From: an uncultured Alphaproteobacteria bacterium
GTDB taxonomy: Bacteria; Pseudomonadota; Alphaproteobacteria; RF32; CAG-239
Assembly: GCA_944391495.1 (NCBI GenBank)
Contig: CALXTU010000006.1
Coordinates: 5,174 to 69,173 of the forward strand
Direction: 5' to 3'
DNA: 64,000 bases
Shown here: positions 1 to 8,588 of the stretch, piece after piece
Layout of the letters: each line of letters begins with the position of its first letter
Numbering within the stretch: the first letter of the stretch is position 1
Made by a program: the position numbers and the translations under genes
Notes under the pieces: generated by a model
The model's input: the letters and a program-made list of their open reading frames with translations, nothing else
Databases searched by the model: none
Told to the model about the DNA's origin: nothing

Positions 1-92
1 ATAATGTCGTGACACCCGATGACGCCGCCGAAATGATTGAACTTGTCAATAAAAAGGTCAAAATCAAACGCCTGCCGGAGACTAAAAAATAA
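1..92 (+). CDS. 3' end of an unidentified CDS entering from the left edge (...VVTPDDAAEMIELVNKKVKIKRLPETKK*)
   Basis: Open frame 3 from the window edge to TAA at 90-92, followed by a strong terminator. Too short to assign a product. Confidence 0.3.
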   Translation, partial: NVVTPDDAAEMIELVNKKVKIKRLPETKK

Positions 93-114
93 TACTTTCC
101 TGCAAACCGTAAAA

Positions 115-148
115 GAAAAAACACCGATGATATCATCGGTGTTTTTTC
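115..148. terminator. bidirectional rho-independent terminator
   Basis: Perfect 22-nt palindrome 'acaccgatgatatcatcggtgt' (121-142), with an A-run on the left and a T-run on the right. It sits between convergent CDS ends (92 and 149). Confidence 0.7.
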
Positions 149-682
149 TTAGTCTATCTCATCCAAGACACATTTGGTCTTATCTGGGTTGTTCCGGTAA
201 AGGAACTTTGCCAGGGAAATCATGTCCTCTGCCCGGCCGTCAAACCGGTAATCGAACCCGTCCAAGGCTTTGTCTCTTGTTGCGGCTTCTTCCCGGACGG
301 CCTCAATAAAGAGCGCCAGCTCCATTTTATTGGAGCATACCGGGGCAAACCCCCAGAGGGACTCTCCTGATGTGATTATCACGACAGGGAAATCCTTAAA
401 GAGTGGGAGTTCCGCCAGAACAAGCTGCTCAACCGTCCCGGTTTCGCTGTCCCTCAGCTGAACCGTTAAATGGTTGCCGCGGCGGTGAGAGCAATACTGC
501 GCTCCCCAGACCTCCCCTGTCTTGTCCGCCCTGATGGCATTCCCCTCCATCGACGGAACGTAGGTAAACCCAGGAACATTTATCGCATCTGTCCGCCAGC
601 CTTCAAAGTCGTTTACGAAAACGAACTTTCCGGCTAATCCCATGTAGTCAAGAAGCCTTGTTGGCATGTCAATTTTTTTCAT
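149..682 (-). CDS. hypothetical protein, no domain recognised
   Basis: 177-aa ORF ending at the bidirectional terminator. The antisense ORFs are short and low-complexity. I can place no motif. Confidence 0.45.
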   Translation of the reverse strand: MKKIDMPTRLLDYMGLAGKFVFVNDFEGWRTDAINVPGFTYVPSMEGNAIRADKTGEVWGAQYCSHRRGNHLTVQLRDSETGTVEQLVLAELPLFKDFPVVIITSGESLWGFAPVCSNKMELALFIEAVREEAATRDKALDGFDYRFDGRAEDMISLAKFLYRNNPDKTKCVLDEID

Positions 683-763
683 AATCTAATAATTTAAAAT
701 TAAACATATGTGATTATGGACAAATTTATAGCATATTTTTGTCCAGCTTGCAAGAGGTATTTT

Positions 764-1813
764 TTATAAATTGGTGTTAAAAAACTCTTCCAGCTTGTTA
801 AACGGAATTTTTTCCGGGTTGTCATACAAATCAACATGACTGGCTCCCGGAATAATCATCAGTTCCTTATTATCGCCTTTGAGCTTTTTAAAAGCATCTT
901 CGCCAAAATAGCGGCTGTGGGCTTTCTCGCCGTGAATAATCAGCACGGCGTTTTTAATCTCGCCGGCGTAAGACAAAATCGGCATATTCAGCAACGATAA
1001 AGCCGAGGTAACCGTCCAGTTGCCGTTGGAGTTGATGGAACGTTCGTGAAAACCGCGCGGGGTTTTGTAATAATCCCAATAGTCTTTGACAAACTGCGGC
1101 TCATCTCCGGTCAGTTTTTCCGGCAGGCCCGGCGCCTTGGCATAAGTGCCGTTTTTAAAATCTTCGGTACGCTGGGCATTGAGTTGTCTGCGCAGTTCAT
1201 CGCGCTCTTTTTCGCCCATCGAATCAAAATAGCCGTTGGCGGTTACCCGTGTCATATCATACATGGTTGAGGCAACGGCGGCTTTGATACGTGGATCGTT
1301 GGCGGCGGCATTCAGCGCAAAACCGCCGAAACCGCAAATACCGATGATGCCTATTTTTTCCGGATCAACATCTGGCCGGTTGCTCAAAAAATCAACCGCG
1401 GCGCTGAAATCTTCGGTATTGATGTCCGGCGAGGCAACATGACGCGGTTCGCCGCCGCTTTCGCCGGTATAAGACGGATCAAAGGCCAGCGTGATAAAAC
1501 CGCGTTCGGCCATGGTCTGGGCATAGAAGCCGGAGGCCTGTTCTTTGACGGCGCCAAACGGTCCGGCAACGGCAATCGCCGGAAGTTTACCTCTCTCTTT
1601 GCCGGCAGGAATATATAAATCCCCGGCCAGTGTGATGCCGTAACGGTTTTTAAAAGTTACTTTTTTGACGTCTACTTTATCGCTTTTGGCGAAAATCTTG
1701 TCCCAATTATCTGTTGTCATTTCTGCTCCCGATGTGTTTGAGGTTAACATAAATATACCGAACATAGCCGGCAAGGCCAGTTTAAAAAATTTCATCAAAT
1801 CTGATTTAATCAT
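764..1813 (-). CDS. secreted alpha/beta hydrolase (dienelactone hydrolase / YcjY-like)
   Basis: Signal-like N-terminus 'MKFFKLALPAMFGIFMLTSNTSGA'. Nucleophile-elbow-like 'IGICGFGG'. C-terminal 'LIIHGEKAH' and 'GASHVDLY' are typical of this fold. Confidence 0.7.
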   Translation of the reverse strand: MIKSDLMKFFKLALPAMFGIFMLTSNTSGAEMTTDNWDKIFAKSDKVDVKKVTFKNRYGITLAGDLYIPAGKERGKLPAIAVAGPFGAVKEQASGFYAQTMAERGFITLAFDPSYTGESGGEPRHVASPDINTEDFSAAVDFLSNRPDVDPEKIGIIGICGFGGFALNAAANDPRIKAAVASTMYDMTRVTANGYFDSMGEKERDELRRQLNAQRTEDFKNGTYAKAPGLPEKLTGDEPQFVKDYWDYYKTPRGFHERSINSNGNWTVTSALSLLNMPILSYAGEIKNAVLIIHGEKAHSRYFGEDAFKKLKGDNKELMIIPGASHVDLYDNPEKIPFNKLEEFFNTNL

Positions 1814-1932
1814 TACCGCTCCTTGTTTTGAGGTTTTACCGCTCCGGAAACGGCCGAGGCCGGCCGGATAAATTCTCTTTTAATTTAAGAATATAATCCT
1901 CTTTACAAAACTGCAAATACTTATATCTTATA

Positions 1933-1956
1933 TTATGCTATGCTTTTAAGGCATAA
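1933..1956. promoter_or_regulatory. candidate LysR-type dyad operator TTATGC-N12-GCATAA
   Basis: Perfect 6-bp inverted half-sites in the divergent hydrolase/LysR intergenic region, about 30 bp upstream of the LysR ATG. LTTRs usually bind such dyads in divergent promoters. Confidence 0.3.
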
Positions 1957-1986
1957 CTTTAACGCCCGCAAACAACGGAGGCTTTG

Positions 1987-2889
1987 ATGGAACTGAGGGT
2001 TTTACGCTATTTTTTGGCGGTTGCGCGCGAGGGCAGCATTACGGCGGCAGCCAATTCGCTCAATGTTACCCAGCCGACATTGTCGCGCCAGATAAAAGAG
2101 CTGGAAGACGAACTCGGACACCGGCTTTTTACCCGCGGCAGCCATAGCGTTACGCTGACGACCGCGGGCTTAAGGCTGAGAAAGCGCGCTGAAGAAATGA
2201 TTGAGCTTGCTGCCAAAACCAAAGCCGAATTTGCCGTTCCGGCCGAGACGATTGCCGGCGATGTTTATATCGGCGGCGGCGAAACACGCGGAATGCGCCT
2301 GATTGCCGAAATAATTGACGACCTGCGGCAAGATTATCCGGATATCCGCTATCATCTTTACAGCGGCAATGCCGAAAACGTTACCGAACGCCTGGACAGA
2401 GGGTTGTTGGACTTCGGTATTTTAATTCAGCCGTCCGATTTGTCAAAATATGATTCCGTCCGGCTGCCGGCCAAAGATGTCTGGGGCGTGGTAATGCCCA
2501 AAGAATGTTCTCTGGCACAAAAACAGCGTATCAACCGGCAGGATCTGCTCGGACTGCCGCTGGTCTGCTCACAGCAAGCGCTTGATGAAACCGCGGCCTA
2601 TAATGCGTTTCGCAACTGGTTCGGCAAAGATTTTGCACACCTGAACATCGTCGCGACTTATAATTTGGTGTTTAATGCGGCATTGCTGGCCGAACTGGGA
2701 ACCGGCTACGTCCTGACACTTGACGGTCTGATTGATGCCATGGACAGCAGGGTTTGCTTCCGGCCGCTTGATCCGGCGCTGGAATCTGGGCTTGATATTG
2801 TCTGGAAGAAATATCAGGTCTTTTCGCCGGCAGCCAAAGTCTTTCTGGACGCCCTGCAACGGCGGTTTGAACGGGCTTTGTTTTTATAA
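1987..2889 (+). CDS. LysR-family transcriptional regulator
   Basis: N-terminal wHTH 'LRVLRYFLAVAREGSITAAANSLNVTQPTLSRQIKELEDELGHRLF' and a C-terminal substrate-binding fold. ATG at 1987 lies 6 nt after GGAGG; the track start at 1984 is TTG. Confidence 0.9.
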   Translation: MELRVLRYFLAVAREGSITAAANSLNVTQPTLSRQIKELEDELGHRLFTRGSHSVTLTTAGLRLRKRAEEMIELAAKTKAEFAVPAETIAGDVYIGGGETRGMRLIAEIIDDLRQDYPDIRYHLYSGNAENVTERLDRGLLDFGILIQPSDLSKYDSVRLPAKDVWGVVMPKECSLAQKQRINRQDLLGLPLVCSQQALDETAAYNAFRNWFGKDFAHLNIVATYNLVFNAALLAELGTGYVLTLDGLIDAMDSRVCFRPLDPALESGLDIVWKKYQVFSPAAKVFLDALQRRFERALFL

Positions 2890-2914
2890 TTTATTCTGAC
2901 GGTGTAAAAAACTA

Positions 2915-2945
2915 TTGACTTAGAGTAAACTCTAGAAATTATACT
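2915..2945 (+). promoter_or_regulatory. sigma-70-like promoter with embedded palindromic operator
   Basis: TTGACT (2915-2920), perfect palindrome 'tagagtaaactcta' (2921-2934), and TATACT (2940-2945). The spacer is 18-19 nt, slightly long. It lies about 30 nt upstream of the 2978 CDS. Confidence 0.4.
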
Positions 2946-2977
2946 GTCACACAGAATCGAAAAGGAGAAACCGATTT

Positions 2978-4111
2978 ATGTTATCTTGGAGTGTTATGGC
3001 CTCAATGGTCGGCTGCACCATCACAATGTATTTGTTTGTGCGTTATGCGGTGATGCTCGGCTTAAGCTGGTGGATATCCGTGCCGCTGTTTATTTTTCTG
3101 ATTTTAATCGGCTGCACCCAGCCGCTGACGACCTATGCTTTTGAAGAGCCGCTCGGCAAATTTTATCCTTTTTACCGCTATACCATTTATTTTTTGTTCA
3201 TCGGCTGCGTTATTTTGATGTGTTTGACGCTGGCGGCCGATGCGCTGTGGTTTGTCGCCTATAAGCTCAAATGGCTGAGCATGATGCCGGTTGAAAAAGG
3301 TGTCTGCGCCAAATTTCACATCGGTCTGCTGTTGACGGCGCTGGTGTTGACGGTTTATGCGCTGTATGCCGGTATCAAAGTGCCAGATATTCGCGAGACG
3401 ACCATTGTTTCGGACAAAATCAAACGCGACCGAAAAGTTGTCGTTTTGAGCGATATTCATATTCACCGCGTGGTTAATCCCGATAAGGTGCGCCGGATTG
3501 TTGAACGCGTCAACGCACTTGAGCCCGATGTCATACTTCTGGTCGGCGATATTGTCGACGACGATATGCCGCGGATTGCCGAAACAGTAGGCCTGCTTAA
3601 AGACCTTAAGGCAAAAGAAGGCGTTTATTTTGTCAGCGGCAATCATGAATTTTATGCCGGCTACCGCGACAGTCTGGTAACAATGCAAAAATTCGGTTTC
3701 AAAACGTTGGAGAATGACGGCGAAAATCTGGGTGATCTGTTTGTTGCCGGAATCCCCGATCCGCGGACGGCACGGCGGGTGGGGTTGCTGCTGCGGCCAG
3801 ATGTTGCCCTGCGCGAGGCAACTGACAAACAATTCAGAATCCTGATGTCGCACACGCCGGTCAACTTCGGCAAGGATAATAATTTTGACCTGGCGGTTTC
3901 CGGTCATACGCACGGCGGGCAGATTTTTCCGTTTCACCTGCTGGTTTCCTGGGTTAACAAATATTTGTCCGGGCTTTACGACATCGGCAACAACGCCCAA
4001 ATCTACGTTTCAAACGGCGCCGGCCAGTGGGGACCGCAGATGCGGCTGCTGGCACCGTCGGAAATCAGTTTGATTCATTTAACTTCACAACCAACTAAAG
4101 GAGAAAAATAA
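2978..4111 (+). CDS. membrane-anchored metallophosphoesterase (YaeI-like)
   Basis: Several N-terminal TM segments, then calcineurin-like motifs 'VVLSDIHIH', 'LVGDIVDD', 'GNHE' and 'GHTHGGQ'. Confidence 0.85.
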   Translation: MLSWSVMASMVGCTITMYLFVRYAVMLGLSWWISVPLFIFLILIGCTQPLTTYAFEEPLGKFYPFYRYTIYFLFIGCVILMCLTLAADALWFVAYKLKWLSMMPVEKGVCAKFHIGLLLTALVLTVYALYAGIKVPDIRETTIVSDKIKRDRKVVVLSDIHIHRVVNPDKVRRIVERVNALEPDVILLVGDIVDDDMPRIAETVGLLKDLKAKEGVYFVSGNHEFYAGYRDSLVTMQKFGFKTLENDGENLGDLFVAGIPDPRTARRVGLLLRPDVALREATDKQFRILMSHTPVNFGKDNNFDLAVSGHTHGGQIFPFHLLVSWVNKYLSGLYDIGNNAQIYVSNGAGQWGPQMRLLAPSEISLIHLTSQPTKGEK

Positions 4112-5274
4112 TGAATTTTAATTTCCATGTTCCGGTTAATTTGTTTTTCGGCCGCGGAGAGCTCAACAATCTGCACAAACGTCCGCTTCCGGGAAAAAAA
4201 GCGCTGGTGGTTATTTCCAACGGTAAATCGGCGCGCGCCAACGGTTATCTTGACCGGCTTTATGAGCAGTTGGACAAGGCCGGCGTGGCATATGCCCTGT
4301 TTGACAAAGTAGAGCCCAACCCGCTCAAATCAACCATTATGGCCGGCGCGCAGGCTGCCCGGGAAAACGGCTGCGATTTTGTTGTTGCGCTCGGCGGCGG
4401 CAGCGTGATGGACGCCGGCAAGGCCATCGCCGGGATGGCGGTTAACGACGGCGACCTGTGGGATTATATGCCCTGGGGTACCGGCAAGGCCAAAGAAAAA
4501 CAGCACAAAGACCTGCCGCTGGTCTGTATTTCGACAACCGCCGGCACCGGCTCGGAAATTGACACCGGCGCGGTCATCACCAATCCCGAGACCAACGAAA
4601 AGACCGCTTATTTCGGCGAATTTCCCGCTTTGTCCATTGTTGATCCGGAGCTGATGGCCAGTGTTCCGCCCCGGCAGACGGCGTATCAGGGTTTTGACGC
4701 CCTCTTCCACTCAACCGAGGCCTATATTGCCTCCAGCGCCAATCTGATGAGCGATATGTTTGCCCGTGCGGCAATCGGAAATGTCGGCAAATATCTGGCA
4801 CGCGCGGTTAAAGACGGCAATGACGAAGAAGCCCGCGAGGGTATGGCTTTTGCCAACTCAATGTCCGGTTTTGTTATGTGTGTCGGCACCTGCACCAGCG
4901 AACATTCGCTGGAACACGCCCTGTCGGCCTATCATCAGGAACTGCCGCACGGCGCCGGACTGATTATGATATCCAAGGCCTATTACAACCATATGATTAA
5001 AGCCGGCGTTCGCGGTGAAAAATTTGTCGATATGGCGCGTTTTCTGGGTATGAAAGACGCCAAAGAGCCGGCCGATTTTCTCAAGGCACTGGACAAACTG
5101 CAGCGCGACTGCGGTGTTGACGAGCTGAAAATGTCAGACTACGGCATCAAGCCGGAAGAATTTGCCGGCATGGCCGCCAATGCCAAAGACTGCATGGCGC
5201 TTTTGTTTGAGTTTGATCCGGCGCCGCTCGGTAATGAAGACTGCGTCGCCATTTATCAGGCATCTTACAAATAA
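4111..5274 (+). CDS. iron-containing (group III) alcohol dehydrogenase
   Basis: 'ALGGGSVMDAGKAIA' glycine motif and His-rich metal site 'HSLEHALSAYH..PHG'. The ATG overlaps the upstream stop (TAATG). Confidence 0.85.
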   Translation: MNFNFHVPVNLFFGRGELNNLHKRPLPGKKALVVISNGKSARANGYLDRLYEQLDKAGVAYALFDKVEPNPLKSTIMAGAQAARENGCDFVVALGGGSVMDAGKAIAGMAVNDGDLWDYMPWGTGKAKEKQHKDLPLVCISTTAGTGSEIDTGAVITNPETNEKTAYFGEFPALSIVDPELMASVPPRQTAYQGFDALFHSTEAYIASSANLMSDMFARAAIGNVGKYLARAVKDGNDEEAREGMAFANSMSGFVMCVGTCTSEHSLEHALSAYHQELPHGAGLIMISKAYYNHMIKAGVRGEKFVDMARFLGMKDAKEPADFLKALDKLQRDCGVDELKMSDYGIKPEEFAGMAANAKDCMALLFEFDPAPLGNEDCVAIYQASYK

Positions 5275-5286
5275 GGGGGAAACAAA

Positions 5287-5757
5287 ATGAAAAAATTACT
5301 GACAACGGCTGCTGCCGCTTTGGTTTTAATCTCTTTTAACACAGGAGCTCAGGAAATGAAAAAAGCAGAAATCGACACGATATTCGGACAAGGCGAACCC
5401 AATCCCTACGGCGAGTTTTTTACCGGCCAGACCTATTTGACGCGCTTGAGCGCCAACGACGAAGTTTGGAATTCATCTATTGCCAACGTTACCTTTGAAC
5501 CGGGCGCCCGCACCAACTGGCACAAACATTCCGGCGGGCAAATCCTGCTGGTTTTGGGCGGCGAAGGACGTTATCAGGAACGCGGCAAAGAAATCCGGAT
5601 TTTGCATAAGGGTGATGTGGTTCGTATTCCGCTTGATATTGAACATTGGCACGGCGCGGCTCCGGATTCATGGTTTACGCATATCTCTATTGAAACCAAC
5701 CTGCCCGGTAATCAGACAACCTGGCTGGAGCCGGTAAATGATGCCGAATATAAATAA
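5287..5757 (+). CDS. secreted cupin-domain protein
   Basis: Signal peptide 'MKKLLTTAAAALVLISFNTGAQE'. Cupin motifs 'TNWHKHSGGQILLVLGGEG' and 'IEHWHGA'. Confidence 0.75.
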   Translation: MKKLLTTAAAALVLISFNTGAQEMKKAEIDTIFGQGEPNPYGEFFTGQTYLTRLSANDEVWNSSIANVTFEPGARTNWHKHSGGQILLVLGGEGRYQERGKEIRILHKGDVVRIPLDIEHWHGAAPDSWFTHISIETNLPGNQTTWLEPVNDAEYK

Positions 5758-6532
5758 AATCATAGCGACGGCGGTTGTTGTTTTACTGGCGGCCGCCGCC
5801 GGTTTTTACATCGGAAAAACAGAGGAAAACAAAATGGATAACTGGCAAAAAAATGATCCGGAAATGGCGGCGTTGTGGGATAATTTCATCACCAACGACG
5901 TTTTGCCGCACGGCAGTCTGGATTCCAGGACGCGTCATCTGGCACAACTGGCGGCGGCCGTTGCCGCACAGGGACACGGCGAGTACAAACGTCTGCTGAA
6001 CGAGGCTTTGGACGACGGCATTACCCCGGTTGAAGCCAAAGAGGTTGTTTATCAGACCGTGCCTTATGCCGGCATAGCCAAGGCCTATGACTTTATTGCC
6101 GCCACCAACGAGGTTTTGCAACAACGCGGCATCAGTCTGCCGCTTGACGGCCAGGCAACCGTTACACCGGCTGACCGTCTTGAAAAAGGCATTGCCGCTC
6201 AAAGCGCCATTTTCGGCACCGAGGCCATTGCCGCCATGCGCGCCAATGCCCCGCAGGAGCTGAAACATATTCAGGATTATTTGTCGGCCAACTGCTTCGG
6301 CGACTATTACACCCGCGGCGGTCTGGATATTAAAACCCGCGAGCTGCTGACGTTTGTCATTCTGGTATCCATGGGCGGTGCCGAACCGCAGGCCAAAGCA
6401 CATGCCGCCGCCAATATCGCCTTCGGCAACGGCCGGGAAAAACTCTTGGATACGGTTACGCAGATTCTGCCGCTTATCGGGTATCCGCGCAGCCTGAACG
6501 CCATTGCGGTGATTAACGAAGTGAGCAAATAA
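5738..6532 (+). CDS. carboxymuconolactone decarboxylase (CMD/AhpD-like) family protein
   Basis: Two CMD-like repeats ('TRHLAQLAAAVAAQG', 'KTRELLTFVILVSMGG'). N-terminal TM/signal-anchor segment. The start is uncertain (5738 or the internal ATG of 'MDNWQ'). Confidence 0.7.
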   Translation: MMPNINKIIATAVVVLLAAAAGFYIGKTEENKMDNWQKNDPEMAALWDNFITNDVLPHGSLDSRTRHLAQLAAAVAAQGHGEYKRLLNEALDDGITPVEAKEVVYQTVPYAGIAKAYDFIAATNEVLQQRGISLPLDGQATVTPADRLEKGIAAQSAIFGTEAIAAMRANAPQELKHIQDYLSANCFGDYYTRGGLDIKTRELLTFVILVSMGGAEPQAKAHAAANIAFGNGREKLLDTVTQILPLIGYPRSLNAIAVINEVSK

Positions 6533-6543
6533 AGGAGAAAATC

Positions 6544-7083
6544 ATGAGCAAAAAAATTCTGGTTTTGGCGGCAAGTTTCCGCAAACACGGCAACTCCGAC
6601 ACTTTGTGCGACGAGTTTATCCGCGGCGCCGTTGAGGCCGGTCATGATGTTGAAAAAATTTATATCAATGACAAAAAAATAAACTACTGCCGCGGCTGCG
6701 GCGTATGCAACCGGACACATCAGTGCGTGCAAAAAGACGATATGGCCGAGATTCTGGACAAGATGATTAAGGCCGACGTGATTGTCATGGCAACGCCGGT
6801 TTATTTCTATACCATGAACGGCCAGATGAAGACGTTAATCGACCGCACCGTGCCGCGGTATACCGAAATCAGCAACAAAGATTTCTACTTTATTGTCGCG
6901 GCGGCCGATGACAACCACGCCAATATGGAAAAAACGCTGGAGGGCTTCCGCGGCTTTACCGAGGATTGTCTGGACGGCGCCAAAGAAAAAGGCATTGTTT
7001 ACGGAACCGGCGCCTGGAATATCGGTGACATTAAAGGAAGCCCGGCCATGAACGAGGCTTATCTGATGGGCAAAAACGCCTGA
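6544..7083 (+). CDS. flavodoxin-like NAD(P)H-dependent FMN reductase / iron-sulfur flavoprotein
   Basis: 'KILVLAASFRKHGNSDTL' FMN-binding N-terminus and a 'CRGCGVC' cysteine cluster. Confidence 0.75.
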   Translation: MSKKILVLAASFRKHGNSDTLCDEFIRGAVEAGHDVEKIYINDKKINYCRGCGVCNRTHQCVQKDDMAEILDKMIKADVIVMATPVYFYTMNGQMKTLIDRTVPRYTEISNKDFYFIVAAADDNHANMEKTLEGFRGFTEDCLDGAKEKGIVYGTGAWNIGDIKGSPAMNEAYLMGKNA

Positions 7084-7105
7084 TGGATTTTTAAAGTTAT
7101 TGATT

Positions 7106-7136
7106 AAGTCCTTCCTCTATCGGGAAGGACTTTTTG
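7106..7136 (+). terminator. rho-independent terminator of the 2978-7083 gene string
   Basis: Stem 'gtccttcc'/'ggaaggac' with a 7-nt loop, followed by TTTTT. Confidence 0.75.
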
Positions 7137-7157
7137 TATATTTCAGAACCGTCCGTC

Positions 7158-7685
7158 GTCACGCTGCCGCATGAAATGAGAATCAGGTATCTTTCCACCC
7201 GTGCCTTGTCATGTTGAGGAGCAAGGCGAAGAAGAATCTATCTTGTCATATTGAGCAAAAGCGAAACATCTCAATTTAACGTTACTTTTGTGCGGACAAA
7301 AGTAACCAAAAACCGCCGGGATAAGCGCTCCTCTTAACGCCCCGGCTGCGCCGGCATATCAGGCGCCGTAACTTGGCATCTTTGGCAAGATGCCGCAAAC
7401 AAAACGGCGATAAGGCTGACAGACCTGATTCCGGCTTGCCGGGGCTGATACGCGCAAAATCCCGGACCCGGTATTTGTTCTTTTCCCCCAAGAGGCAATG
7501 TGCTTAAAGGGAGATTCTTCGGGACTATCGTCCCTCAGAATGACCGTACTTTTACGGTCATGTTGAGCAGAGCGAAACATCTGAGAGATTCTTCGGGACT
7601 ATCGTCCCTCAGAATGACAAAAAAGAAAAGTTCTGAATGACAAACAATGTCATGCCTCCGAACAGCGTGAGGATCAGGTATCTTC
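7158..7685. repeat. cluster A of short dispersed repeat units (about 30-37 nt, 'gtcat[gt]ttgag...gcgaa[ag]catct' or 'gtcattctgag...gaagaatct', in both orientations)
   Basis: Forward units begin at 7158, 7208, 7245, 7557 and 7649. Inverted units lie at 7511-7544 and 7585-7618; these two are an exact 34-nt duplicate, 'gagattcttcgggactatcgtccctcagaatgac'. The same unit family recurs at 49396-49912. Confidence 0.8.
7208..7544 (+). mobile_element. MITE-like composite element, copy A (structured ~235-bp core between imperfect terminal inverted repeats)
   Basis: The ends 'gtcatgttgag' and 'ctcagaatgac' are imperfect inverted repeats. The core from about 7267 to 7500 is near-identical to 49595-49830 in the same orientation. 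No transposase is present in the window. Confidence 0.45.
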
Positions 7686-7735
7686 TTTAGCCTTAATAAG
7701 GCCGGATACAAATTGGCAGCCGGCTTTATGATATT

Positions 7736-8392
7736 CTATTTGCGGCTGATGAGGCGGTAAATGCAGGCGGCAACCATGCTGCGCGGTTTGAGCACGTTCA
7801 ATATCTCGGCACCGCAGCCTTTCTGCCTGGCGACACGATAAGCATCGGGGCAGTCAATTTCCAGATGACGCGGGCTTAAGCCCATGATACTGTCTGATTT
7901 CGGCAGCCGCGACAAGGCAATGCGTTTGCCGTAAAAAAGCGTCAGTTTGGCTCTGACGCTTGAGAAATCGAGATGGGACGCCTGTTCCGGTATCCGTAAG
8001 ATATCAGCCGCATAACCGCCGCCCGGACAGGCGGTGTCAAAATTATTGTGCAGCATATAGAGCTCAAGGCTCGGAATGCCCAGACAGGTTTTGACGCCTT
8101 TCATTGTTTTGGGCAGATATTGATAGCGGTTGATCATTCCCGGTTCGACAATCGCCGAAGTGGCAACGACATCGTTCCAGTTGAGCCCTTTCCTGACCCG
8201 CTGGTCAATCTTGAGCACACCGCGCAGATGAATCATTCCGTCATTATAACGACGGGGATCTTTTTCTATTTCTTTGGTTCTGATGAGGTGGGTGATGTAT
8301 TCTTCTTTTGTGTCAAAAACACAAGAGATTGAAAAAGCCTGACTGTTGTCCTCAACTCCGTGGCAAACCGGAGTTTTTATTGTTCCCGGCAT
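7736..8392 (-). CDS. hypothetical protein (218 aa), no domain recognised
   Basis: Long clean ORF between the repeat cluster and a very AT/T-rich upstream region (8393-8588). No signal peptide and no motif I can place. Confidence 0.5.
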   Translation of the reverse strand: MPGTIKTPVCHGVEDNSQAFSISCVFDTKEEYITHLIRTKEIEKDPRRYNDGMIHLRGVLKIDQRVRKGLNWNDVVATSAIVEPGMINRYQYLPKTMKGVKTCLGIPSLELYMLHNNFDTACPGGGYAADILRIPEQASHLDFSSVRAKLTLFYGKRIALSRLPKSDSIMGLSPRHLEIDCPDAYRVARQKGCGAEILNVLKPRSMVAACIYRLISRK

Positions 8393-8588
8393 TCAGATAC
8401 ACCACATTAAATTATTAAAATCAAGTTAATATTATCACGTTTTTTGTCTAAATCAAGTGTTTTTTTATTTTTTTGACTAAACTGCCGCAAAATATACAGC
8501 CAGTCTAAATATTTCTTTATTTTTTTGCCGAATATGCTAAATTTAATTTGTTTGTTTTTTTGTTCTACACTCTACGGAAGGAAAATAA

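Noticed and set aside
3104-4000. Long antisense ORFs opposite well-supported genes (for example 3104-4000, 5783-6403, 16123-16911, 18104-18997, 31431-32027 and 39577-40458).
   Set aside because: Each is the shadow frame of a gene with clear family motifs on the other strand. Their products are Arg/Gly/Gln/Phe-rich with no motifs. This is typical of codon-bias-induced open antisense frames.
7282-7580. ORFs 7282-7491 and 7359-7580 (69 and 73 aa) lie inside the repeat cluster.
   Set aside because: They lie wholly within repeated, hairpin-rich DNA, overlap each other, and have Arg/Ser/Pro-rich junk composition. They are most likely translation artefacts of the repeat.
7511-7618. An exact 34-nt direct repeat separated by a 40-nt spacer. 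Is this a mini CRISPR array?
   Set aside because: There are only two copies. The 'spacer' is itself another unit of the same repeat family. The same 34-mer (with a 2-nt loop change) recurs at 49842-49875. No cas genes are present.
7736-8392. A possible ADP-ribosyltransferase-like R / S-T-S / E-x-E pattern in the 218-aa orphan protein.
   Set aside because: The candidate residues ('HLRG', 'ATSAI', 'SLELY') are too closely spaced and the E-x-E element is not convincing. I cannot support this call without a profile or structure search.
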